From an uncultured Holophaga sp. (GTDB lineage: Bacteria; Acidobacteriota; Holophagae; Holophagales; Holophagaceae), in the NCBI GenBank assembly GCA_963664825.1, contig OY761614.1:3136001-3200000 (forward strand): 64,000 nt of DNA, in the 5' to 3' direction. Below the pieces are notes generated by a model. It did no database searches and was not told where the DNA came from. It was given only the letters and a program-made list of their open reading frames with translations. Made by a program: the position numbers and the translations under genes. Shown piece after piece: positions 18,316 through 28,268 of this stretch. How positions within the stretch are numbered: the stretch's first letter is position 1; each line of letters begins with the position of its first letter.

Positions 18316-19420
18316 ATGACATATCTGCAATATTTGCGTTTTGGTCCGATTCTGGTCTCTGGCCTCCTGATGCTTGACTGTGGGGGAGGTGGATCGACCG
18401 GTGCTGTTGCCCCCTCGGACCCGCATACGAATCCCTTGAATGGCCCCCCGGTCGGAAACCCGGATGGTCACTACGCCGTGCCCCTGGAGGCCAGGGCGGA
18501 GGATGTCTCTTCCCCCGCCCATGTCATCGGGACGGGCACTCCGGAAAGCTGCACAGGAGCTGCCTTCATCCAGGCAGTGGCCCAGGGCGGGAAGATCACC
18601 TTCAACGGTGGATCCAAGCCTTTCACCATCCTCCTCGATCGTCCCGCGAAGGTGTTCAACGATAAGCCTGATGTGGTGATCGACGGTGGCGGGTTGGTCA
18701 CGCTCAGCGGGGGTGGCGCCACCCGAATCCTCTACATGAACACCTGCGATCCAAACCAAGTCTGGACGACGAGCCACTGCCAGGACTAGGATCACCCCCG
18801 GCTCAGCGTCCAGAACCTGACCTTCATCGATGGCAACTCGCAGAACGAGTCCCAGTATGACGGCGGGGGGGCCATCTGGGTGCGGGGTGGACGCTTCAAG
18901 GTCGTGAACTGTCGATTCTTCAACAATGTCTGCGCCAGTCTCGGCCCGGATGTCGGGGGGGCGGCCCTTCGCGTATTCAGCCAGTCCGGCGGTCTGCCTG
19001 TGTACGTGGTGAACAGCACCTTCGGCGGCGCACCGGGCTACGGCAATGTGGGAGCGAACGGGGGTGGCATCAGCAGCATTGGTGTGTCCTGGTCGATCTA
19101 CAACAGCCTTTTCTCCTACAACCGGGCCATCGGTAACGGGGCCAACCCGGCCCAGGCCGGCACCCCGGGTGGAGGGAGCGGTGGCGCGATCTACAACGAT
19201 GGCAACACGATGACGCTGGCCCTGTGGGACCCTGCTCGAAGCCAACGAAGTGAATGCCCATGGTTCCGGGATCTTCTTCATCACCAATGACCGCAGTGGC
19301 ACGCTGCACATCGAGGATTCGGTGATCCGCCGAAATATCGGTGGGTCCTGGTATGAGTTGCCCGGCATTTCCATGCATAGCGACACCCACCGGGAGATCA
19401 TCAACTCCACCTTCGAATAG
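18316..19420 (+). pseudogene. Disrupted lipoprotein with GGAI/FxxN beta-helix (pectin-lyase/Pmp-like) repeats
   Basis: Lipobox-like LLMLDCGGG; in-frame TAG at 18787-18789 followed by same-frame continuation (DHPRLSVQNLTF..GGGAIW..FFNN..GGAIYN); frameshift near 19222; final frame ends ..EIINSTFE* at 19420. Confidence 0.8.
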
Positions 19421-19468
19421 AGCTAATACCAGGGTGCGTTCGAAGAAAAGCGATGCCGGCTGCCATCG

Positions 19469-20398
19469 TCAGACCAGATCCTCCAGAGCCTCTGCCGGCT
19501 CCGAAAACCGGAAGCTGAAGCCGAGATCCAGGGCCTTCCCGGGAAGGACGAAGGCGCCTCCCAGCAGCATGGACTCGGCCATCTCCCCCACCAGGAGTCT
19601 CAGGGTATTCCGGGTGAGGCAGGCCGGCAGGGGCCAGAGGGGGCGGTGGAGGCGCTCGGCCAGGAGGCGCGTGAAGGCAGCCTGGCTGCATGGATGAGGT
19701 GCCGTGGCATTGATGGGGCCCTCGAAGGCCGGATTCCGGATGCATTCCAGGATCAGCCGTATCAGGTCCTCGATGTGGATCCAGCTGAAGCCCTGGCGGC
19801 CGCTGCCGAAGGGCGTGCCCGCGAAGCATCGGACGGGCAGGAGCAATTTGGGCAGGGCGCCGCCCTCCCGGGCCAGGACCACGCCGGTGCGGAGCTTGAC
19901 CACACGGACCCCGAGGGCCTGGGCGGGATCGGCGGCGGCCTCCCAGGCCCGGCAGAGTTCGGGCAGGAAGCCCTTTCCCAGAGCCTCGGCCTCGTCGATG
20001 GGCTCCTGGGTGGGTTCCGGGGCGCGGGTCCCGTAGATCCCGATGGCGCTGGCGTTGATGAGGACGGAAGGCCTTTCACGAGCCTTCTCGAGGGCGCTCA
20101 GGAGGCTGCGTGTCGGTCCCATCCGGCTGGACTCCAGGGCCTTTTTCCGGGCTGGGGTCCAGCGGTGGTCGGCGATGCCTTCCCCGGTCAGGTTGATCAC
20201 GGCGCAGCAGCCCTCGAGGATCCCTGGCAGGGCCTGCCATCCGTGGGCCTGGGCGCCTTGGGGCAGGTGGGCGTCATCGGGATTCCGGCTCAGGATCAGG
20301 ACTTCGGCGCCCTGTTGCAGCAGCGCCCCCGTGAGCCTCGCCCCCACCAGGCCCGTGCCACCGGCGATGAGGATCCGGCTGCCCCTGAACGCGTCCAT
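19469..20398 (-). CDS. TIGR01777/YfcH-family NAD-dependent epimerase-like oxidoreductase
   Basis: AGGTGLVG, INLTGEGIADHRWT..K...SR, ASAIGIYG, WIHIED. Confidence 0.9.
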   Translation of the reverse strand: MDAFRGSRILIAGGTGLVGARLTGALLQQGAEVLILSRNPDDAHLPQGAQAHGWQALPGILEGCCAVINLTGEGIADHRWTPARKKALESSRMGPTRSLLSALEKARERPSVLINASAIGIYGTRAPEPTQEPIDEAEALGKGFLPELCRAWEAAADPAQALGVRVVKLRTGVVLAREGGALPKLLLPVRCFAGTPFGSGRQGFSWIHIEDLIRLILECIRNPAFEGPINATAPHPCSQAAFTRLLAERLHRPLWPLPACLTRNTLRLLVGEMAESMLLGGAFVLPGKALDLGFSFRFSEPAEALEDLV

Positions 20399-20486
20399 GG
20401 TTTCTTCCCCGTCCGCTGTTGTGCGTGGCACATCTTCACACGGGCGGGCGGCCGGCGCACACTTCTAGCAGACTCCTGGAGGCTTT

Positions 20487-20996
20487 ATGGACGGCATGAA
20501 GGCGATCCTGACGCGTCGGAGCATCCGCAGCTTCGGGCCCGAACCCGTCGATCCGGAGGCCCTCCGCGGAATGCTCGAAGGGGCCATGCACGCGCCCTCC
20601 GCGGGCAACCAGGAGCCCTGGCGCTTCGTCGTGATCCGGGACCGGGCCACCCTGGAGGCCATTGCCACCGGCCATCCCTATGCCCTGGCGGCGAGGTCCT
20701 GCGCCCTGGCCGTGCTCGTATGCGCGGCGACCCAGGATCTGCGCCATCCGGATTTCTGGCCCCAGGATTGCGCGGCGGCCACCGAGAACCTCATGCTGGC
20801 CGCCCATATGCTCGGACTGGGCTCCGTCTGGTTGGGCCTCTATCCCCGGCAGGAGCGTATGGATCTCCTCTCCCAGCTCACCCATCTGCCCGAAGGCGTC
20901 GAACCCTTCGCCCTGGTCCCCCTGGGCCATTCCCTGGAGCACCCCGAATCCCCCGACCGCGTTCATCCGGAATGGATCCACACCGATCGCTGGTGA
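20487..20996 (+). CDS. Nitroreductase family protein
   Basis: RRSIRSF, APSAGNQEPWRF, DCAAATENLMLAA..LGLGSVW. Confidence 0.92.
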   Translation: MDGMKAILTRRSIRSFGPEPVDPEALRGMLEGAMHAPSAGNQEPWRFVVIRDRATLEAIATGHPYALAARSCALAVLVCAATQDLRHPDFWPQDCAAATENLMLAAHMLGLGSVWLGLYPRQERMDLLSQLTHLPEGVEPFALVPLGHSLEHPESPDRVHPEWIHTDRW

Positions 20997-21034
20997 GGGT
21001 CTGGAGGCGCGGGTGAAGGCCTGAACCGGACTCC

Positions 21035-21490
21035 CTACATGGGGAGCGTCCTGGGCTTGGCGAGCCTCTCGAAGTCCCGGTAGTGGATCCACATCAGTTC
21101 CGTATGGGAACCCGCGTTGAAGGCGATCTCCTCGTCCTCCGCCAGATGGGGGTCCACGTAGACCTCCATGCCGTAGATGTTGCCGAAGGGGGGCATGGCA
21201 CCCAGTTCGCAGTCAGGGAAGTTCCCCTGGAACTCCTGTTCATGGGCGATTTCCACCTTTCTGGCGCCCATGGCCTTCTTCAGGCGTTCGGCGTGCACCT
21301 TCTGGTTCGCAGGCAGCACGGCCATGGCCAGCCTGCCATCGATCTTGAGGACGACGGATTTGGCCATCTCCTTCCCCTTGACGTGGGCCGATTCGGCCAC
21401 CTCCATGGCCGTATAGGCCTTGGAGTGGCCCAGGGTGGTGAACTTCACACCCTGGTTCTGGAGATAGGTCTTCAGGTTTCCGGTGGCCAT
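21035..21490 (-). CDS. YbaK/ProX-family aminoacyl-tRNA deacylase
   Basis: H..AYTA..VA, MAKSV, GAMPPFG, FNAGSH; AGGAGG RBS before ATG 21490. Confidence 0.9.
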   Translation of the reverse strand: MATGNLKTYLQNQGVKFTTLGHSKAYTAMEVAESAHVKGKEMAKSVVLKIDGRLAMAVLPANQKVHAERLKKAMGARKVEIAHEQEFQGNFPDCELGAMPPFGNIYGMEVYVDPHLAEDEEIAFNAGSHTELMWIHYRDFERLAKPRTLPM

Positions 21491-21579
21491 ATTGACCTCC
21501 TTGCTAGGGGACTCGCCTACAAGGTTGGGCCGTAATGACAGGGATACAATGAGTAAAAAACGATGCAGACCGTGGAATA

Positions 21580-24480
21580 TTAGGCCAGCTCGAACATGGC
21601 CAGCCCGTCCTGTCGCACACTGCGCCCCTGCACGGGCAGGATCTCCCCCACCTGACAGGGCCTGCCCCGCCTGCGGAAGGCCTCCGGGAAGGCCACGGCT
21701 TCGGCCAGCCCCGTTTCGTCCTCCAGAGTGATGAACTGCATGCGCTCGCCTTTTTCCGTGGGGATGACTTTTTCGGCCACCACCAGGGCCCAGAAGCGCA
21801 GGAAGCGGCCGGGTTTCTGCACATCGGCCACCCGCTGGGGACCACCGCCATGGCGATAGCGCCGGAGGGCGGCGGGATGCAGTTCCAGGGCGATGCCCAT
21901 GGTCTCCATCTCCAGATCGGCCCGGTCGAAGGGATCGGTGGGGCGGGGCCTCAGTCCGGCTGGCACGCCCCCCAGGCGGGCCCACAAGAGCCGCGTGCGG
22001 TCCCCGTCTGGGGCCCAGCGATCGAAGGCGCCCGCCGCGCAGAGGGCCTCCGCCATGGGCAGGCTGGGCCTGGTGCGGGCCAGGAGTGCATCCAGATCGG
22101 CGAAGGGGCCGTTCCGTTCGCGTTCCTCCAGGAGGGCCTCCAGCTCCTTCCGGGGGGCGCCCCCCACCTGCATGAGGCCCACCCGCAGGCCCTGCTCGCC
22201 CTCGGAACTGAAGGCCCACTGGGAGGCGTTGGCGTTGGGGCCGCGCACCACGAGGCGATGGCGCCGGGCATCCCCCAGGTAGGCGATGGCGGGATAGAAG
22301 CCGCCCTGGTTGGAGATGACGGAGGCGAAGAAGACCGCCGGATGATGGGCCTTGATCCAGGCGCTCTCGAAGCTCACCTGGGCGTAGCTGGCCGAATGGG
22401 GCTTGCAGAAGGAATAGCCCTGGAAGGTGCGGATCATGTCCCAGGCCTCATCTACCACGGCGGGCTTCACCCCCTTGGCCGCGCAGCCCGAGCGGAAGCG
22501 CCGTTCGAAGAGGGGCAGCTTGGCCTCGCAATCGGCCTTGCCCAGGAGCTTGCGGAGCTGGTCGGCCTCGAAGTGGGCCCAGCCCGCCAGTTCCACGCAG
22601 ACCGTGATGACATCCTCCTGGTAGACCAGCACGCCGAAGCTCTCGGAGAGGAGATGGCCGAAGACGGAATCCGAGGGCTCAAAGGCCTCCTCGCCCCTGG
22701 CGCGCTTCACGTAGCGATCGATCCAGCGGGAGGCCGCTGGGCGGATGAGGCTGGAGTGGATGACCAGCGTCTCGAAATCGCCCTTGTGGACCCGCTGCTG
22801 GAGCTGGCGGGTGGCGGGGCTTTCCACGTAGAAGACGCCGATGCTGTCCCCATCGGCCAACAACTGCTGGGTGGCGGCATCCTGGCGGGCATGGGGGCCG
22901 GGTTCCCTGGCCACCCGATTGCCCAGCACCCGGTAGGCGTCACGGATTACGGCCAGGCTGCGGTTGCCCAGCAGATCGATCTTCACCAGGCCATAGTTCT
23001 CCACGCCATCCTTGTCCCAGCTGGTGATGGAGACGCCCTCCTTGGCGGGGGCGGGCTGGAAGGCCACATGTTCCCATAGGGGCCCCGGCGCGATGACCGT
23101 GCCCCCGGGGTGGACGGAAAATTGGCAGAAGTGGCCCGTGAGGGCATCGCTCCAGCGCAGCACCTCGTCCCAGGCCGGGTTCTGGGCGGCTCGCGCCATG
23201 CCTCCGTCCCAGTGGCGCACGTAGCGGGCCAGCTGCTTCAGTTCGGATTCCGGGCGTCCGAAGGCCTGGGCCACGGCCCTCAGGGCGCCCTTGGCCTTGT
23301 AGTAGTTGTGGTTGGACACCATGGCCACCCGGTCCCGGCCATAGCGCTCGAAGGCTGCCTGGATGACGGCGTTGCGCTCGTCCCACGCGAAATCGATATC
23401 CATGTCCGGCGGATCCGTGCGCTCCCGGGTGAGGAAACGCTCGAACATGAGGTGCGTGCCCACGGGATCCACGTTGCTGAGCTTCAGGGCGTAGCTCACC
23501 AGGGAGGCCGCGCCGCTCCCGCGCCCGCAGATGCGCGAGATGTGCGCCGCCTGCACCAGATCCTGCACCAGCAGGAAGTAACCGGCGAAATGCTTCTCCC
23601 GGATGAGGTCCAGTTCCTTCTCCAGGCGGCTCTCCAATTCACCGGTGAAGGCATCGAAGCGCTCCAGGATGCCTCCCCGCACCCGTTCCCGCAGGATGGC
23701 GTCCAGGTCCTGGCCCTCGAGGCCCAGGGGGCCTGTATCCACCCAGGTGCCCCAGTGGAGGGACCAGGCGGCCACCCGTTCCAGGATCTGGGCGGTCTCG
23801 CGTGCCACGGCGGGTTCGGCGGCAGGGAAGCGGGCTTCCCATTCCCGCCGGGGCACCGAGCCGTCCCGCCTGTCCCAGAGGGCCTCCGTGCGGGGCAGTG
23901 TGTTCTGGGTGTGGATGGCGCGTTTGAGGCGATGCAGTTCCAGCCCTGCGGGTGTGAGGAAGCGCAGCACCTGGGGGGCGGCCACGGGCAGGCCCCGCTC
24001 CAGGGCGTGGCGGCTCTCCTGGGCGCGGCGGGGATGGGCCAGGAGCGTGGCCTGGAAACCTTCCCGGGTGAGGGCCTCTAGGCCCGCCAGATCTTCGGCC
24101 AGCAGCACGCAGCCCGTGGGGGGAGCCTCCCCTTGGCAGCCAGGAGGCGGATCCCTGGTGTGGGCCTGGGCCGTGAGGAGTTGATTGAGGGCCTTGTACC
24201 CCGCGTCCGTGAAGGGCAGGGCCCCGCAGGCATGACCCCGCCAGGTGAAGCGACACCCGAGATGGATGCGGAGATCGTCAGTGGGATCGGGAGCCTCCTC
24301 GGCCAGGACGCGAGCCCTGCGCGGCCATTCCAGCGCCTCCCGCAGCCTCGGGTACCCGGCCAGGCTTTTATCCCAGAGCACAAGGTCCCGGTAACCCAGC
24401 CTGCGCGCCAGGCGCAGCAGGGTCTCGGCGGGGTAGACGCCTTCCCCGAGGGAAAAATCAGAAATGCCGAGGGCGAACAT
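21580..24480 (-). CDS. dnaE2: Error-prone DNA polymerase III alpha (DnaE2/ImuC)
   Basis: GRGSGAAS, FERFL, PPDMDIDF, KIDLLG, GVFYVESPA, YSFCKPH, FITLEDETG; degenerate PHP domain; follows imuB. Confidence 0.9.
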   Translation of the reverse strand: MFALGISDFSLGEGVYPAETLLRLARRLGYRDLVLWDKSLAGYPRLREALEWPRRARVLAEEAPDPTDDLRIHLGCRFTWRGHACGALPFTDAGYKALNQLLTAQAHTRDPPPGCQGEAPPTGCVLLAEDLAGLEALTREGFQATLLAHPRRAQESRHALERGLPVAAPQVLRFLTPAGLELHRLKRAIHTQNTLPRTEALWDRRDGSVPRREWEARFPAAEPAVARETAQILERVAAWSLHWGTWVDTGPLGLEGQDLDAILRERVRGGILERFDAFTGELESRLEKELDLIREKHFAGYFLLVQDLVQAAHISRICGRGSGAASLVSYALKLSNVDPVGTHLMFERFLTRERTDPPDMDIDFAWDERNAVIQAAFERYGRDRVAMVSNHNYYKAKGALRAVAQAFGRPESELKQLARYVRHWDGGMARAAQNPAWDEVLRWSDALTGHFCQFSVHPGGTVIAPGPLWEHVAFQPAPAKEGVSITSWDKDGVENYGLVKIDLLGNRSLAVIRDAYRVLGNRVAREPGPHARQDAATQQLLADGDSIGVFYVESPATRQLQQRVHKGDFETLVIHSSLIRPAASRWIDRYVKRARGEEAFEPSDSVFGHLLSESFGVLVYQEDVITVCVELAGWAHFEADQLRKLLGKADCEAKLPLFERRFRSGCAAKGVKPAVVDEAWDMIRTFQGYSFCKPHSASYAQVSFESAWIKAHHPAVFFASVISNQGGFYPAIAYLGDARRHRLVVRGPNANASQWAFSSEGEQGLRVGLMQVGGAPRKELEALLEERERNGPFADLDALLARTRPSLPMAEALCAAGAFDRWAPDGDRTRLLWARLGGVPAGLRPRPTDPFDRADLEMETMGIALELHPAALRRYRHGGGPQRVADVQKPGRFLRFWALVVAEKVIPTEKGERMQFITLEDETGLAEAVAFPEAFRRRGRPCQVGEILPVQGRSVRQDGLAMFELA

Positions 24481-24486
24481 GGGGCT

Positions 24487-25614
24487 TCATACCGCCGCCA
24501 TCCACCCCGGCAGGACGGGATGCTCGGGGTAGCGTTGGCGCAATTTGGCCAGGGCGGGCTCAAGGTGTTCGAGTTTCGCGATCCTGGGCTCCTGGAACAG
24601 TGTGCGGGGGCGGCCCAGACCCCAGGCGATGCGCAGTTCCACCTGCCGCACGAGGATGCGGCGGGTGGCGCCTTTGCGGAAAGCCCCCTCCAGGGCCCGG
24701 GCCAGGTCCATGGGCGGGGCCGCCAGGGCCGCCTCCGGGGCCTTCCAGAAGTGGGGCTCGCCATCCACGTCCCACCAGCGCAGGGCCAGGGAACGAGGGC
24801 TGCGGGGATCGGCCCAGAGGCGGTTGAGGGTCCAGGCCGCCAGCTCCACGTCCTCGGGCAGGCGGGGGGGCTCTAGGCGCCAGCCGGGACGGGAATGGCC
24901 CGGGCGCTCGGTGAGCAGGGGCAGGGTGACGTGGTCCTCGCCCCGGGTCTGGGCCCGGAGCTTGGGCGCCAGGGGAGGGGGCACCAGTTCCTGCCAGAGG
25001 GCCAGGGCCAGGGGCTGGACATCCCCGAAGGAACGCAGGCCCAGGCGCCGGAAACGGGCCTGGAGGCGGGGGGCCAGATCCGGCAGGGACTTCAGGGGCT
25101 GGGGGGCCAGGAAACCCGATTCACCCCCCTCGGGCACCAGTTCCAGCTCGTGTTCCAGGTGGGCCGCCAGATGGGCCGCGGTGGCGCTCTCGGAGAGCCC
25201 GCCGTGGCTGAACCAGCCGTGGGAACCCTGGAGCTCCCGGCGGATGCGCCCCGCGGCATCCCGGGCCGGGCCGTAGAGGCCTTCGGTGCCGTGCAGCTCC
25301 ACCAGGGCCTCGCCCATGCGCCCCATCTGGCCCTGGGGGGTCCAGCGCAGGAGGAAATCGGCCATGCTGGCATGGGCCTCCCACCAGGTCTGAGGCGCGG
25401 GGTCCAGCACCTTCAGGCCTGGCAGGCGCCGCAGGGCCTGATCCATGGGTTCCCCGGCCCGCAGCCCTTCGGCCTTGGCCAGGCGATTCACGAACCAGAG
25501 GGTGGGCGTGCGGGGCTGTTCGGGGTTCAGGAAGGCCAGGGGCCGCCCCTCCAGACCCCCCTCCCGCCCACAGGCTAGCTGGAAAGGCAGTTCGGGGACC
25601 CACATCGCCAGCAC
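24487..25614 (-). CDS. imuB: ImuB-like inactive Y-family polymerase
   Basis: VNRLAKAEGLRAGEP..QALRRLP, GEALVEL (catalytic DE degenerate), LPDL....FRRLGL; GTG 25614 after GAGG RBS. Confidence 0.8.
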   Translation of the reverse strand: MLAMWVPELPFQLACGREGGLEGRPLAFLNPEQPRTPTLWFVNRLAKAEGLRAGEPMDQALRRLPGLKVLDPAPQTWWEAHASMADFLLRWTPQGQMGRMGEALVELHGTEGLYGPARDAAGRIRRELQGSHGWFSHGGLSESATAAHLAAHLEHELELVPEGGESGFLAPQPLKSLPDLAPRLQARFRRLGLRSFGDVQPLALALWQELVPPPLAPKLRAQTRGEDHVTLPLLTERPGHSRPGWRLEPPRLPEDVELAAWTLNRLWADPRSPRSLALRWWDVDGEPHFWKAPEAALAAPPMDLARALEGAFRKGATRRILVRQVELRIAWGLGRPRTLFQEPRIAKLEHLEPALAKLRQRYPEHPVLPGWMAAV

Positions 25615-25637
25615 AGGACACCTCTCAAGAGGTACCA

Positions 25638-25666
25638 AGCATAGCGAAAAAAATGCGAAAGTTCAA
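25638..25666 (-). promoter_or_regulatory. imuB-dnaE2 promoter with candidate SOS operator in the spacer
   Basis: Minus strand TTGAAC-N17-TATGCT; the spacer contains TCGC-ATTTTTT-TCGC (25644-25658). Confidence 0.7.
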
Positions 25667-25680
25667 GTCTGGGGGCTTGC

Positions 25681-26694
25681 TCAGGAGAGGGTCTTGTGGG
25701 GCAGGCTCTCGATCCTTCCAGCCGGTGAGACCAGCATGTAGTTGAGCTTGCGCTGGAGCTCGCGGATGGTGTTGGCGCCGGCGTAGGTGAGGCCGGAGCG
25801 GAGGCCACCAATGATATCGGCCAGGATCTCCTCCTCGTCTTCCCGGTAGGGCACCTGGGTGGACACGCCTTCGGCTGTCTTCCAGCCCGTGAGGCCCCCC
25901 AGGTGGTCATCGGCGGCTTCCTTGCTGGCCATGCCCCGGTAGACCTTGTGGGTGGGCCTGCCGCTGGCATCCCGGAGCGGCTCGCCGGGCGTGGGGCGCG
26001 TGCCGGCGAGCATTCCGCCGATCATCACGAAATCGGCGCCGAAGGCCAGGGCCTTCACGATGTCGCCAGGGGTGCGGATGCCCCCATCGGCCACGATGGA
26101 GCGGTCCGCCCGGGCGCATTCCTGGATGGCCGTCAGCTGCGGTACCCCGAAGCCTGTCTTGATGCGGGTGGTGCAGACGCTCCCGGGGCCGATGCCCACC
26201 TTGATGATGTCGGCATGGACCGAGGCCAGGTAATCGGCGCCCGCGTAGGTGGCCACGTTGCCCGCCATGATGCACTCGTTGGACAGCGATTGGCGCATGC
26301 GCTTGATCATCTTGCCCACGTATTTGGCGTGTCCATGGGCCACATCCACGCAGAAGTAGCTCGCCCCGGCGTCCCGCAGAGCCTCGACGCGCTCCATTTC
26401 GGATTCCGCCGTGCCCACGGACACGAAGGTGGGGAAGCGGCACCGCTTGAACATCGCCACATTCTCTTCGACGGTCGAGAATCGGTGCAGAACGCCGATG
26501 CCCCCTCGTTCGCCGATGAAATCAGCCATGGCGTCTTCCGTGACGGTATCCATATTGGCCGTCATGATGGGCAGCCCCAGGGTGAGCTTGCCGCTCTTGT
26601 CGGTCATGCCGATCTCCACGATGCGTCGGGATTCGTGGTGGTTGTAGGCCGGGATCAGGAGGACATCGTCGAAGGTGATGGCAGTTTCGGGCAT
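25681..26694 (-). CDS. guaC: GMP reductase (IMPDH/GMPR family, no CBS domains)
   Basis: [35 protein letters not shown]; flap [14 protein letters not shown] lacks the IMPDH RY dyad. Confidence 0.75.
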   Translation of the reverse strand: MPETAITFDDVLLIPAYNHHESRRIVEIGMTDKSGKLTLGLPIMTANMDTVTEDAMADFIGERGGIGVLHRFSTVEENVAMFKRCRFPTFVSVGTAESEMERVEALRDAGASYFCVDVAHGHAKYVGKMIKRMRQSLSNECIMAGNVATYAGADYLASVHADIIKVGIGPGSVCTTRIKTGFGVPQLTAIQECARADRSIVADGGIRTPGDIVKALAFGADFVMIGGMLAGTRPTPGEPLRDASGRPTHKVYRGMASKEAADDHLGGLTGWKTAEGVSTQVPYREDEEEILADIIGGLRSGLTYAGANTIRELQRKLNYMLVSPAGRIESLPHKTLS

Positions 26695-26736
26695 GGATGC
26701 TCCGGAGGAATCAGGGCTGGGATCTATTGCGAGCCA

Positions 26737-27690
26737 TCAGGCCTGCCCGGTGGAGGCGGCCTCCGACCGGGGGTGCATGCGGTCGTAGAGGGCCCTCAGC
26801 CGCGCCTGATGGACGTGGGTATAGATCTGGGTGGTGCTGATATCGGCATGGCCCAGCATGGCCTGGACGGCCCGCAGATCGGCGCCGTGGTCCAGCAGAT
26901 GGGTGGCGAAGGCGTGGCGCAGCACGTGGGGGCTGACGGATTCCCGGCGGATGCCCGCCTTCACGGCATAGGCCTTCAGCAGCCGCCAGATGTGCTGGCG
27001 GGTGAGGGGCTCACCCCGGCACCCCACGAAGAGGGCATCCGTGCGGGGCTTGAAGGCGGAGCGGTGCATCAGCCAGGCCCGGATCCAGTGTTCGGCCCCT
27101 TCGCCGAAGGGGATCAGGCGCTCCTTGCGGCCCTTGCCCAGGACCTTGAGGAAACCCTCATCCAGGAAGATGGAAAGGGCGGGGATCAGGGCCAGTTCCG
27201 AGACCCGAAGACCGGAGGCGTAGAACAGCTCCATCCAGGCGCGGTCGCGGATACCCAGGATCGTCGCGGTGTCAGGGGTCGCCAGCAGGGCCTCGATCTG
27301 AGCCTCGCTGAGGGTCTTCGGCAGGATCCGCGGGGGCCGAGGGGGGCGCACGACGGCTTCGGGGCCCGCGGACTCCTGGCCCTCCAGGCGCAGGAAGCCC
27401 AGGAACTGGCGGAGAGCCGAGGAGAGGCGGGCGATGCTGCGGGCCGCCCTGCCTTCGGCGTGCTGGGAGACGAGGAAGGCCGTGACCGCATCCCGGTCCA
27501 GGGCCGTGGGCGCCGTGTCGCGCTCCGTGGCCCAGGCCGCGAGCCGATGCAGATCCGAGAGGTAGCCCGAGGTGGTGTTTCCTGAAAGCCCGCGTTCCAC
27601 GGCCAGGTGGGTCTGGAATTCCCGGAGGGAGCCGCCCCAGCCGAGGGCATCGGTCCTTTCGGGCGTCTCGGTGTCAATGTTCAGGGGCAT
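26737..27690 (-). CDS. xerD: Site-specific tyrosine recombinase XerD
   Basis: ERGLSGNT, RDRAWMELFYASGLRVSEL, GKGRKER, SPHVLRHAFATHLL, LGHADISTTQIYTHV. Confidence 0.9.
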   Translation of the reverse strand: MPLNIDTETPERTDALGWGGSLREFQTHLAVERGLSGNTTSGYLSDLHRLAAWATERDTAPTALDRDAVTAFLVSQHAEGRAARSIARLSSALRQFLGFLRLEGQESAGPEAVVRPPRPPRILPKTLSEAQIEALLATPDTATILGIRDRAWMELFYASGLRVSELALIPALSIFLDEGFLKVLGKGRKERLIPFGEGAEHWIRAWLMHRSAFKPRTDALFVGCRGEPLTRQHIWRLLKAYAVKAGIRRESVSPHVLRHAFATHLLDHGADLRAVQAMLGHADISTTQIYTHVHQARLRALYDRMHPRSEAASTGQA

Positions 27691-27901
27691 GAGTCCATTC
27701 TAGGGTGTTCACCCCCGAATGCAGGGGGAGATTGAGGATCCCTCCCTGTCTAGGCCAGGATAGGGGAATAAACGCACCTGATGCGGGACTTCCCGAGGAA
27801 AAAAGGGGGATTTCCCGCACTGCGACAGGGCCCTTCCTTGGAAGGGGTGCTTGGTATTCCCGGCGGGCTATGATAGCCTCGCAAAGTTTCAAGGAGAGCC
27901 C

Positions 27902-28141
27902 ATGGCTGAGATTCGTAAAAAAGTTATCGCTATCATCGCCGAGCAACTGGCGAAGCCCGAGGATTCCATCACGGAGAGCAGTCATTTCGTGGACGACCTG
28001 GGCGCCGACAGTCTGGATACTGTCGAGATCATCATGGCGATTGAGGAAGCTTTCGGTCTGGAAATTCCCGAGAGCGAGCAGGAAAAGATCCGGACCGTTG
28101 GCGATGCCATCGGCTATATCGAGAAGAATTCCAAGGCTTGA
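27902..28141 (+). CDS. acpP: Acyl carrier protein
   Basis: DDLGADSLDTVE; AGGAG RBS. Confidence 0.97.
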   Translation: MAEIRKKVIAIIAEQLAKPEDSITESSHFVDDLGADSLDTVEIIMAIEEAFGLEIPESEQEKIRTVGDAIGYIEKNSKA

Positions 28142-28194
28142 TCTCGCAGGCCGCTTCGGCTCCTGCGGCTTTCCCGCTTGAGAGTCGTTCTCCG

Positions 28195-28227
28195 AGCCGG
28201 ACAGCCCAGGTTGGCTGTCCGGCTTTT
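28195..28227 (+). terminator. Terminator or processing hairpin between acpP and fabF
   Basis: AGCCGGACAGCC-caggtt-GGCTGTCCGGCT followed by TTT. Confidence 0.65.
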
Positions 28228-28268
28228 GGCGTGTCTGTGCACTTCTGGCAATGAAACGAGGTGAAGAT

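Noticed and set aside
18787..18789. In-frame TAG as pyrrolysine or programmed readthrough, given that HydE resembles PylB
   Set aside because: The same gene also has a frameshift, no pylT/S/C/D is visible, and both radical SAM genes carry HydE motifs and sit beside hydF.
25615..25638. TTG 25638 as the imuB start
   Set aside because: It overlaps the predicted -10 box; GTG 25614 has a well-spaced GAGG RBS.
26737..27690. Tyrosine recombinase as a prophage or island integrase
   Set aside because: XerD signature motifs, housekeeping neighbours, and no att repeats, tRNA or phage genes.
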